DNA from: Trichosphaerium sp. ATCC 40318
Taxonomy: Eukaryota > Protista > Tubulinea
Direction: 5' to 3'
NCBI GenBank assembly: GCA_038496445.1
Contig: JALMLS010000552.1
Coordinates: forward strand, 1 to 64,000
Length of the DNA stretch: 64,000 nucleotides
A program made the position numbers and the translations under genes. This document shows, one piece after another, positions 54,113 through 64,000 of the stretch (its first letter is position 1; each line of letters opens with the position of its first letter). The notes beneath the pieces are model-generated. The model searched no databases. It worked only from the letters and a program-made list of their open reading frames with translations, and had not been told where the DNA came from.

Positions 54113-57100
54113 CGGCTATGATGCACCTCCAGTTGTTCGTTTGGACCCTATTGCGCGTATCTTGTTAATGGGCGTTTATGACGATAATAATCCTCTATCA
54201 GTATTAAGCTCGTTATCCGTAACAAAAAAAAAAATTACCTGTAACAAGATGTAATAAAAACCACTGTTGACCACCACAACTTTAATACTACTACAGTTGT
54301 TACCTATTCTGATAGCGCAAAAGTCCAATCACGCTGAATAAAACGTAAAACATTAGCAAGCTATGAAATCGCGTAAAAGACGTGCCTATACACTTCATTT
54401 TCAACGTGATAATGTTGGCAGGGCTAAAGAGAAGGCACAGGCAAAAAAACGTAAAATATCTGACACTCGAGCGCAAAACAGACTAAAAGCGCAAAAAAAA
54501 AAACAAATAAGAACAACAGAGCAGAGTACAAACCTAAACAAAGTAATTGACGATGGTTGGCAAGTGTTACCGGACGAGATAATTTCCTTCCCTGAAATCA
54601 AGCATGTCTCTGAACCCTCTGGTAAAACTGGACGTTTTATATCCAACACAGCTAAGTTGTTTGAGCGGTTGATACCTAGACACATTTGGGAGTTTATTTT
54701 TGAGGCGACAGAACAAACACGTCAAGACCACGAAGATGAGTTCCCAGAATCAAACAGGACTTGGCATACTCCGTTTACCTTGCAAGAGATAATTCAAATG
54801 TTTGGTACATTACTTTTGTGGGAACAACGTTCCGGTGAGAGTAGTTACACGAATTTTTTGAACCAATTGAATGAATGGAAAAAAAAGGCACATTGGTGTA
54901 AAAAAAAACCAATTCCAGAAAGGCGATTTGGTGTTTTAAGGAAATGTCTTACTGCTGATGTGTATGAACTGTGTCGTAAGGTGTCAAAATGCTTAAAAAT
55001 GGCTTGGAAATCAGGGTACATAATTGTAATAGACGAAACAATGTTAGAATGGAAAGGAAAAGGAGACAGTATAATGTGTATCAAAGGCAAACCCCATCCA
55101 CTAGGCCTTATGATCTACCTAATGGCGGTTTATTCTGACAAACATCAACACAAGCCATACATTTTGGGAATATACCCACATTGGATGCCTCATGCAAAGC
55201 CACTGGATGCAACTAAACACTTGTTGGATTCCTTTTCATCACATTATAATTTCAAACCACATGTTGTGTTAGATTCAAGATTTATGGACAGGAGTTTTAT
55301 GGGTTGGATGCGGCACTACATTGGAAGTGATGAAGGAGGAGCTACTGTTGCAATATCTGCTAACCAGCAGAAAAAACTATTTACCACTCTTGCTTGTGAC
55401 GTTCCAGTTAACAAATGGAGAATTGCAAAGAACAACAAGACAGGTGAAGTCGCTTCTTACAAACATGTTCACAATGATAGTGGGGATCCTGTACATTGGC
55501 GACTATTAACATTAGGTTGGAGTGTTGGTAGCCACGCCATGTTGAATAGCATGCCTGCCTTTTCAAAGCTCGCAGAGTTTGAACTTTTGTGCAAAAATTT
55601 TACTGTAGACTCATTAATAGGCTTTGTTAGAAACAGCAACAAAGTAGCAACAGGCGGCAAAGAAGAGTTAGCTATGGCAGCTTTAAACTTAACTGCACTT
55701 GACGTGGCATCACTAAGAGAGGTGCGAGATATTAGAACTGCAGAACAACAAGCCAGGGAAGAGCAAAAAAACAAACAACAACGAAAAACCAACATTCATT
55801 GTGTGAAAAAGTGTTTATACGGAGGCAAAGATGACAAAAAAAAAGCAATGATGTTGTGCAATTGTTGCAGCACATGGTTCCATGGAAAATGCTTAGGATT
55901 GAGTGATAAACAACTTGCTCAATCAAACCCAAAAGAACGTTTTTACTGTAAAAGTTGTGAAAACAAACTGGTTCAAGTCCGCACTAAATCAAAAACCTGG
56001 ACCCGAGAAGAGTTAGAAAAAATGGACAAAACTGAATTACTAATCCAATGCCAAGTGTTGGGCGAAAAACGAGCTGGTAACAAACCAGCATTAATTGCTA
56101 AAATCTTAAAAGCAAGTGATCCAACATTTGAAAATAATTTTGCTATTCAAAATAAGCAATTTTTGGGGCCTCCTCGCTCTGGTCCTGCCGTGATGCATGA
56201 TTTTTATAAGTCTCACTTTGATGTTGTTGATCGTGCTAATCAAACTAAGTGGAGTACCTCAATACCTGGTCGAGCAACAGAACAATCTTATCGAATGATT
56301 ATTGGAATAATGAAAACAACCATTACATCTCTTGGTGCCATCATGGATTATAATTTGGAAGATAAATGCCCTAATCACAATCAAATACATCTTACACTTG
56401 CAAAGGCCATGTACAATGGCAACATTTATAAGTAATGTATAACAATAAATAAAAAAAAATTTCTTTGAGACTACATTTCTAATTCTTTATTCATAATGTA
56501 GCGCTAGTGAAATTATGATAGTAGCTACCTAGCTAGCAGCTGATGTAACAGAAAGTGTTTCAAATAACAACAAAGTAACGTTCTGAATTTTTTTTTTGTA
56601 TACACAAAAAACAACCCAAAAAAAGTAATCACAAACAGCAAAAGTCATAAAACAATGTTGTGTATATAAACACAGCTGTATTATATAGGATCAAATAATC
56701 AAGAAACCACATGCACAATTGTAGCATATAAATTGCGTTTTGAAAACATACAAAAAGTCCAAAAATCCATTTTGTGGAAGTGTTTGTAGCAACTTCAGAT
56801 GAACAATTCAAGCATAGTGCTCATATATGACCCATAACACGGCAATTTGAATCAAAATTATCCAAAATTGAATGAAAGAGTCTGTGTAGCAAACACGACA
56901 AATTTGAAAAAAACAGTTTTTAATTTTCAACAAACTTTATGACACTTGCCAACTCCATCACCAACATTTAGTGCTTCAATTAGTCGGTATGATATTACAA
57001 TGGTCTTCATTTACATTATAAGCAAACAACCGCAAATGCTGAGTCAAATGATGGAACATTATTGCTATATTGTAAACTCATGTATAAAAAACGGGAAAAA

Positions 57101-58281
57101 TTGGAATCAGTAGCTTTGGACTAACAACTTGTTACGAAATACTATTATCATGAAGACATATGTTTTGCACTTACAGTCATGATTAGAAATGATGATGCGC
57201 ACAGCAAAGAAATTCGAAATAAGGGTGCTGAGGCATAAGAGTAGAAAAAATTTGTTACAGCGTATCTTGTTAATGGGCGTTTATGACGATAATAATCCTC
57301 TATCAGTATTAAGGGGTACGACACATACGCGCAATTAGTAAAATAACGCGGTTTAAACCGTTTTTTTCAAAAACAACTCGAAACACGTTTATTTCATGTT
57401 AAAAGCGAGTAATAGGTGTTGGATACACTGTAATAAAGCTTATTTGGGAATACGTACTGGAATACAACAAGGAGCACTACGACCCGTTCATTATAGTCCC
57501 ACCACGAAGTAAATATCGCTTTGGTGCATATTTCGCCACCATCGACAAGATATTATGTGAATCACACGAGGGCGATTCATGGGATGACGAACCGGCTGGT
57601 TTTGGAAAGGTAATTTATAGCAAGTTTCCGTCACCTTCAGGAAAAGATATTGATATCAACATGATGCCTCTAATGATGAACAAAAAACTCTTTAAAGATC
57701 AACTCCCAGAAGAGTTGTGGCCTTTCATATACTTACTGGATATTGCTCTTACTGTAGATAGATACCAGGAAGGTACAATATGCTTCTTAACAATACAAGA
57801 GTCTTTTGTTGAAAAAGGTAAAACGCAACGAAGACCAGGTGTTCACGTTGAGTTTCCTGGTACGCTAAAAACATCACATGGATATTACGATGACGCTTGG
57901 GGTGGAGGATATGGTTTAAGCGATGGTATGTTTATTGCTACAAACTTGGATGACACGTGCGCTGTCTGGGATGTAAGCATTGAGGATAAAAAAGACGGAA
58001 CATCAGTTATTGGTTCTTTGGGTGATTTGGAACATTTGAAGAATGTCTTGCCTAGAGAAACAATGTCGTTGCTTAAAGGTAGGGCAATGTATTGGCTAAC
58101 AGATAGAACACCACATGAGGCATTACCAATGAAAGAATCAGGAAGAAGGATATTCTTTAGGTTAGTTTCGAATAAGCTTGGTATGTGGTATGAATCTCAT
58201 TCTACAAAGAATCCGATTGGTATTGTTCCTGATCCCAAAAAAACAAGGATAATCAAAGAGAACAAGTTTTTAGATGCGTAA
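54113..58281 (+). CDS. Conserved hypothetical protein (2OG-Fe(II)-oxygenase-like fold suspected), interrupted by the transposon
   Basis: Removing the element and one repeat joins GYDAPPVVRLDPIARILLMGVYDDNNPLSVLR to GTTH|..VLDTVIKLIWEYV... The core has INMMP, LTIQESFV..G.TQRRPGVHVE, WLTDRTPHEALP and FFRLVS. True start lies upstream of 54113 and is unresolved. Confidence 0.7.
54155..54208 (+). repeat. Left copy of exact 54-bp direct repeat
   Basis: gcgtatcttgttaatgggcgtttatgacgataataatcctctatcagtattaag, identical to 57260-57313. Confidence 0.97.
54208..57259 (+). mobile_element. piggyBac-superfamily DNA transposon, ~3.05 kb
   Basis: Begins right after TTAA (54204-54207). Left end gctcgttatccGTAACAAA..ctGTAACAA is inverted relative to right end TTTGTTACag. 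Holds one transposase ORF and interrupts a host gene. Confidence 0.85.
54363..56435 (+). CDS. piggyBac-like DDD transposase with inserted SAP-PHD-SAP module
   Basis: IVIDETMLEWKG, KGKPHPLGL, VVLDSRF and FYKSHFDVVDRAN are the piggyBac catalytic blocks. A C4HC3 PHD (~55797-55958) and a SAP (LEKMDKTELLIQCQVLGEKRAGNKPALIAKI) lie before the last Asp. Intact, intronless, 690 aa. Confidence 0.9.
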   Translation: MKSRKRRAYTLHFQRDNVGRAKEKAQAKKRKISDTRAQNRLKAQKKKQIRTTEQSTNLNKVIDDGWQVLPDEIISFPEIKHVSEPSGKTGRFISNTAKLFERLIPRHIWEFIFEATEQTRQDHEDEFPESNRTWHTPFTLQEIIQMFGTLLLWEQRSGESSYTNFLNQLNEWKKKAHWCKKKPIPERRFGVLRKCLTADVYELCRKVSKCLKMAWKSGYIIVIDETMLEWKGKGDSIMCIKGKPHPLGLMIYLMAVYSDKHQHKPYILGIYPHWMPHAKPLDATKHLLDSFSSHYNFKPHVVLDSRFMDRSFMGWMRHYIGSDEGGATVAISANQQKKLFTTLACDVPVNKWRIAKNNKTGEVASYKHVHNDSGDPVHWRLLTLGWSVGSHAMLNSMPAFSKLAEFELLCKNFTVDSLIGFVRNSNKVATGGKEELAMAALNLTALDVASLREVRDIRTAEQQAREEQKNKQQRKTNIHCVKKCLYGGKDDKKKAMMLCNCCSTWFHGKCLGLSDKQLAQSNPKERFYCKSCENKLVQVRTKSKTWTREELEKMDKTELLIQCQVLGEKRAGNKPALIAKILKASDPTFENNFAIQNKQFLGPPRSGPAVMHDFYKSHFDVVDRANQTKWSTSIPGRATEQSYRMIIGIMKTTITSLGAIMDYNLEDKCPNHNQIHLTLAKAMYNGNIYK
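57260..57313 (+). repeat. Right copy of exact 54-bp direct repeat
   Basis: Identical to 54155-54208; followed by the continuation of the host reading frame. Confidence 0.97.
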
Positions 58282-58609
58282 ACTAGAATAGAATACAAGA
58301 TTACATTACAGAGCACCTTCCCTGCCTTGCTTCGAAAAAAAACCAAAGGGGTACTCGTGAAGTGACAAACCTTTTTCATCTTTCAAAAAAGCAATAAACC
58401 AATGTCTTTCAGAAAAAAAGAGACGGCCATGTTGGCTCGCACGTGTCACAAGTTGTCTGGTTCACAGAGCGCGCACCTACTCACATTTATTGTAACCTTA
58501 AAACCAGATATCTTGAAACCTAACAGAAGTAAGTGTTAAGCAAAAAGCTTCAAAATCGTTGGTTCTAAGTTTACATGACTTATTTGAAAGCTTATTCTAA
58601 CCCATCAGC

Positions 58610-60014
58610 ATGGACAACGACACATTCGCATCTACAGTAAAGTGCGTATCTTTCACATCAGTTGCTACTTTTTAGGTTGTTCGTTAACGACTTTGTTTAC
58701 TAGAGATCTTTTTAACGTTACTACTAACGATAATGCCTTGGCAAAGATCAAGGAGGTTGTGAGCACCAACGCCGAAAGCGCAAATGCCGGAGCTCAGAGC
58801 GCGGTACAACACTCTATTTTATCTTAGTGGTACTAATAGACGCCATAGGGTTTGCAAAAAGACTTGAATAAGCTTCTTGAAGCTCTTGGAGTTGGAAACG
58901 TCGGTGATGCACTAACAGAGATTGCAAACCTAAAGGTACGCCTCGTGATACTATTTTCATGCGTGTTTGCGCTTTAGTAACTCCGATAACAGAAGTAAGA
59001 GCAAAAACAACAAGTTGAGTACATAGCTTGCTATAGTAATCGAGCACAGTATCCTGTACACGCCTCAAAAATAAAACCGTCTAAGAAAACATGTCGTCAC
59101 ATACTAAATACAGCTTAAACTCTTTAATCATTAACGAAGACGCTTAAAACCGCGGAATTGAGAGCGTTTCTAGCTCTATAACACGTGCTACTGTGTTGTA
59201 TGGCGAAAATATTCGATATTTCAACTTTAACGTTGGTTTGTATAACAGTGGAAGCACACGCTCTGCTGCTATATGGAAAAGCCAAAAAGAGATGACAAGG
59301 AGGTTCGTGTAGATACTGAAGTTGTTTTTGTTATAAAACTGAGCGTTATCTATTTAATTATACATTAAGGTGTTCTATGAGTACCCACAGTTTAAAGTTA
59401 TTATAATTGATGATATTGGGAGAGAACGTTCATTCTTTTACGTTAAAAGGGACAGTTTAGGCGCAAAAGAGCCACAACTAGAACATTTGGTACGTAAAAT
59501 ACAAAATCAGGTGATGTTTTCGTGTATCCCTTCGAAATCAACAAAAACACGTATTTCAGGACGTGCAAATCTCTCTATGAGTATTTTCGCTAAGAGCGTG
59601 TAATTTAGCTGATTAAAGTCCAAAAATTGCTTGGCACAACTGACACGCTTTACTACGGTACGTTCACAATATCACTGTACATGCCTGGTTTAAAACTTCC
59701 ATAAAATCATCGTAGTGCAGACTTTCTGACCAAAACACGTGATCCTTTTTTTTTTCAAATTAAAAACCTTTCAGGTTAGTCTGAGGTTTTGTTCTCTATC
59801 CCTCTTTGTTTTTACTCATTATTAATGTATACTAGCGTCTTCACACCTTCGCGTCAAGCGGAATAGATTACTGACAGCATCTTTGGATGAATTTGGAGGC
59901 TGGATTAGGATTGAGTGTCCATGTTCTTGGACTGAAAAAAATACAAAGTTAGCACCTTTTGTTGTGCTTGCTATTGGTGCACTATTCATGCTCGCATCTG
60001 TTCTCAGGAAGTAA
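58610..60014 (+). CDS. Hypothetical multi-exon protein(s) with C-terminal TM anchor
   Basis: MDNDTFASTVK|DLFNVTTNDNALAKIKEVV.. and a last exon ending KLAPFVVLAIGALFMLASVLRK*. Could be two genes. Confidence 0.35.
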
Positions 60015-60481
60015 ATATTATCAATAAAATAAGTACAATTATCAGAAGTACATCAGGGTGGTTGTGTACACGACGAAGTTGTAAACTGTCGAACTCAACA
60101 TCAGTTTTCTTTCACCCTTTGTTTAGTTAACAGTACACTCAGTACAATTGAAAAAAACCTTCCAAGCGAACATATTTGTAAGTGCATATAAACTTGCTGT
60201 CAGTGTTATTGTTTTCAGTGAGTAAAACTTGTGGCAAACGAGTATTTTCGTACTTAATAAATCTCCGAATAACTTAATCTTTTTCATTTGCGAGGCGGAA
60301 AAACGTAACAGACGTTGATTACAACTACGTATAGTAGGTGTCACCTACGTGTATGGCAGAAAACTCGGTACAGCTGGTTTATTCGTTTTTTTATAAATTG
60401 TAATTACACAGCGTGGGCAGCACGATACAAAGCCCAAAAAAGCGGATAAAGAAGATTACAAACTATTCTACAAATACCCAA

Positions 60482-62951
60482 ATGACATCAAAGCGCAAAT
60501 CGACACCTTTACGCACCCTAGCGCCAACCACAAACAAGGTGAGGTTATAAAGTTATTTCCGACTAAAGTAATCCTCAGCAGTCTTATCTACAAATTCTGA
60601 TAGCTCAGCAAAAGAAACAGGCGTCAAGCGTGCGAATGAAGACAATAAGCACTTGAATAAAAAAGGTAAAAAGGAAGTTCGTTAAAACGTTAACTTGACG
60701 TTTGCAAAACACGCACACGCCTCATTTCCTTGCGTTTTATGGCGTAAAGTAAAGGTATTAACTCAAACTAATCACGTGGTGTAGATAGAGAAAAGAAACA
60801 AAAAACGTTCGATACAGGTCCACAATACTCGTTCATGCGTGACATCAAGCCAGCAAAAGATAGACCATTAGCTTCTTCACCAGCAGTAAAAAGGAAATCT
60901 AAGACAACACCTGTTGAGTCTAATGATAACCAGTCGAATACACTTGATACACTGTCTATATTTTCTAGATTTTCTAAGACAAATAAAAATGATAGTATAC
61001 CAAATCAAATATCAGATAGAGATGTTATATCAGTAACAATGTCACAAAGAACACTTAGAGAATCAGACGAAGAAGAATCAGATAATATACCTTTTTATAA
61101 TGAACTTGATATTATATCCTCCACTGAGGAGCAACAGTTTCATCGAAACAAATCACATGATAGTGAAAATCAGGAAGATTCCGATGGAATTTCTCGGAAG
61201 TACAGGTACTACTTGTGGTGGGTAAGTACTTAGCTAGTACGATCATTTATCGTTTTACTTAGGCACCTTCGTTTAATGAATTCCTAGGTCGATGGTATCA
61301 AAGAGTTGATGAAAATCAATACAGCCAAAGATATGAAACGGATTAAGAAATATGGGCTTAAAATATACTCTTACAATGAGCCAAGATTATGTACGTGGTT
61401 TTTTTATTATATGCTTGAGAAATCTATCTATTATGCCCTTCGATTCTTGTCAGTGTAGAAGCAATTAGTGTTAACCGTAGCTTGAGAAAGTCAGAAATTT
61501 TAGCTATTCTGAACAACGCCTAAAAAAGTCAGTTGGTTTTGGAACTAATGTTTGGTTGTAGCGTTAAACTTTGATGATATCTCTCCGCTAAAACGCCTTG
61601 CAAAAGGATCATTTGTTGCTGATAAATGTAGACATCAGTTCATGTCAGATGATCACATATGTACGCTTATTAAACCCAGAAAATAATGAGATATTTTACC
61701 CTTTCTCCATTTAAGAGTTTGTAACTTACTTTTGAACGATTTTTGCCATTAATCACGTGAAAAAAACCTAAATTTTATTGGAGTTTTAGTCACCTGTGGG
61801 GAGTTTTTGCTAAGTTTTCTTGTAGATGTTCGCATAAAGAAACAAACACAACATAGAAACAAAGTTGTTATTGTAAGAGAAAAGTATAACTATTTTGTTG
61901 GCGAGAATGGACTTGTCTATATGCTACCACACAACCAAGGATTACCCGAAAGGATACCTAATATAAAACATATTGTTCAGGTTGATGCAGATTATAACCA
62001 TAGCCTTGCTCTCAGCAGAGAAGGAAAGGTATTCGGATGGGGAAGTAATAATTTCTTTGAAGTAAATCCTTCAGAACAGACTAAGAAAATTGACTCTCCT
62101 GTTCTTATTGAACTAGACGATATAATAGTATCTATAGCAGCTGGTGTAAGTTATTCAATGGCATTGACTGATGAAGGTCATGTAGTTTCGTGGGGAAGAA
62201 ATAATTGCGGACAATTGGGTCACTCTTTAGAAAAAAGCAAATCAGCGCCTAAGCGTGTTCCAGACTTAAAAGATATTACACAAGTTAATGGTGGAAGTCA
62301 TGATTCCATTGTTTTAACTTTAGATGGAACAGTGTGGGCGATGGGAAGAGTTCCAAACGAGAAGGTATGACACACCTTACCGAATATGTTTTTCTGATTT
62401 TTTACTTAAAAATCTCTTTTTTTTTCTATCGTAGCACCTTTCACAAACAACTAAATTTTTTTTCCTTCGCCAAAAGTTACGTCTTGCTATATTACCTTGA
62501 TACAATGGCGTTTTTTGTGAGTGTAAAAGTGTTTTTGTGTTCCATAATTAATCGACTAACTTTTTTTTTCTTCTTGTAAAAGTATGGCAAAGGACGGACT
62601 AAATACTCTTTTGGTGATGATACTGTAGTACTCTTAAAATACCATTACGCTCTTACATCATCTGGAAAGGTATATGAAGTAATGACATCAAAGAGAAACC
62701 TTATCAGTGGTGATTTAAAGGTAGTAGACATTTGTGGAAGCCACTTTCCTTATTTCTTGGATAACAAAGGTAATATCCATCATAAGTTTACAAGTCTTGG
62801 TTTATTGGCAGATAAGCGTTCTCATGAACGTTATCCACATAAAAAACCATGTTCAACTGTCTTTGTTGTTGGTTCAAAGACGTTGGCTTTGAATATAGTT
62901 ACTGGCAAAGCAAAGTGGATTTCTGGTACTGTTAAATATAATCTAATGTGA
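60482..62951 (+). CDS. RCC1-repeat protein with low-complexity basic/acidic N-terminus (multi-exon)
   Basis: HSLALSREGKVFGWGSN, IAAGVSYSMALTDEGHVVSWGRNNCGQLG and LDGTVWAMG. Upstream exons join via GT-AG introns from MTSKRKSTP. Confidence 0.75.
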
Positions 62952-63174
62952 TATTTTGTATACTACTTGTATATCGTTTGTTTTATAATACCTCATAACA
63001 ACACCTGTTTTGGATAGTCAGATGGTATTATTGCCCTCTTTTTTGATACTCAATGTATCTTATATTATGGCTATTGATACGGCTACAGAGCGAGAAAAAA
63101 TCAATCTCATGCTCAAAAAATAACATTTGATTTTATTAGTCTATACATAAACGTCAATGAACTCCAATTACCTC

Positions 63175-63452
63175 AAAAAGAGAACCCAGCTAGTGCTGGG
63201 CGTCCAAACACAGGGATCGAACCTGCTTGACAGCATGAACATTTGACAGGACGGCAGCGCTTATGCCAAAGGCATTACGTTCCTCTGCTACCAACAATAT
63301 GAGGTACTGACCCTCACGCCCTTCCATTAATTCAGCTATAGCTGTAATCAGCAACATACATACTGACCCGCTACACCCCTTCACATAGGTTAAATTTACA
63401 ATTGTACAAGTGTTAATAGTAAGGAAGGGCCGACCGCCTAACCTCACTTTGG
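63175..63452 (-). ncRNA. Candidate structured RNA (~270 nt), possibly Pol III
   Basis: GC-richer island with nested stems, an A-box-like TGGCATAAGCG, a B-box/T-arm GCAGG-TTCGATC-CCTGT, and a terminal CCCAGC-ACTA-GCTGGG hairpin followed by TTCTCTTTTT. Confidence 0.45.
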
Positions 63453-63486
63453 TAAAAACCAATTTTGATGAAAGTCTCTTTGATAT

Positions 63487-63699
63487 CTATCTTAACCAAT
63501 AAAGCCATTTGAGAAAGACTGTAAAATCCTTCACCATGACGAGCTCGGTTGTAGAGTTTCCAACACCATTTAATGAGAATGCCCAGAACCACAAGGTTCC
63601 TTTCAGTAAGCACAATGGCATTGTGTAGAGTGTGTGAGCTATAAGAAAAAGTATAGCCAAGGGAACAAAAAATAACATGACAGTAAGGAGTAGCTTCAT
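63487..63699 (-). CDS. Hypothetical small hydrophobic protein
   Basis: 70-aa ATG ORF, signal/TM-like. Confidence 0.3.
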   Translation of the reverse strand: MKLLLTVMLFFVPLAILFLIAHTLYTMPLCLLKGTLWFWAFSLNGVGNSTTELVMVKDFTVFLKWLYWLR

Positions 63700-64000
63700 T
63701 CATTAAACGTCATAAATACCCATATTGTGCTGAACAACAACATGTAGAAAACATAAGAACGCTTAGCAAAATTGTTACTTTTTGTGACGTGATAGCAGAC
63801 ATATTAGGCTTTATTAGGTCAATCTACATGAACAATTTTTACTTCTCTCCCAAGAATACAGTCATTTAGTTTTTATTGGAAAAGGACCTCGTATCTAGCT
63901 TTTGATGTAGCTATACAGCCACACCTTGTTTGGTAACTGAACTGCCCTTGACACAAAGTTTTTTAGCACCTACTAGCACTTTAATACCTTCATCTGTAAT

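Noticed and set aside
63195-63275. tRNA gene
   Set aside because: A good T-arm, but no acceptor stem in register and no anticodon arm; kept only as an unassigned RNA candidate.

Overview
AT-rich eukaryotic DNA, probably from an amoeboid protist (inferred). Genes are densely packed on both strands and mostly carry short (~45-100 nt) spliceosomal introns, many with GTACGT donors, so the ORF track fragments them. Recognisable genes: an atypical Hsp70, YbeY, a PAP2 lipid phosphate phosphatase, an M36 fungalysin, an LPMO with a CBM2-like module, two RCC1-repeat genes, an ankyrin gene, a PPR-like gene and a tandem pair of PTT-mucin surface genes. Three genes resemble mainly bacterial families: an NF038122-like zinc protease, a DUF4397 protein and a META/HslJ-domain protein. 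At least eight F-box genes are present (four F-box+MORN-variant, two or three F-box+LRR), several of them broken. The most unusual object is a ~3.05-kb piggyBac-type element whose transposase carries a SAP-PHD-SAP insert inside the catalytic domain. It sits in the 5' coding region of a host gene between exact 54-bp direct repeats rather than a plain TTAA duplication. Also noted: a small basic protein with four histone-H3-tail-like repeats, a candidate structured Pol III RNA near 63.3 kb, a foldback-like element near 24.3 kb, and enrichment of CACGTG. All family calls are by-eye motif recognition and exon boundaries are manual; no database search was run.
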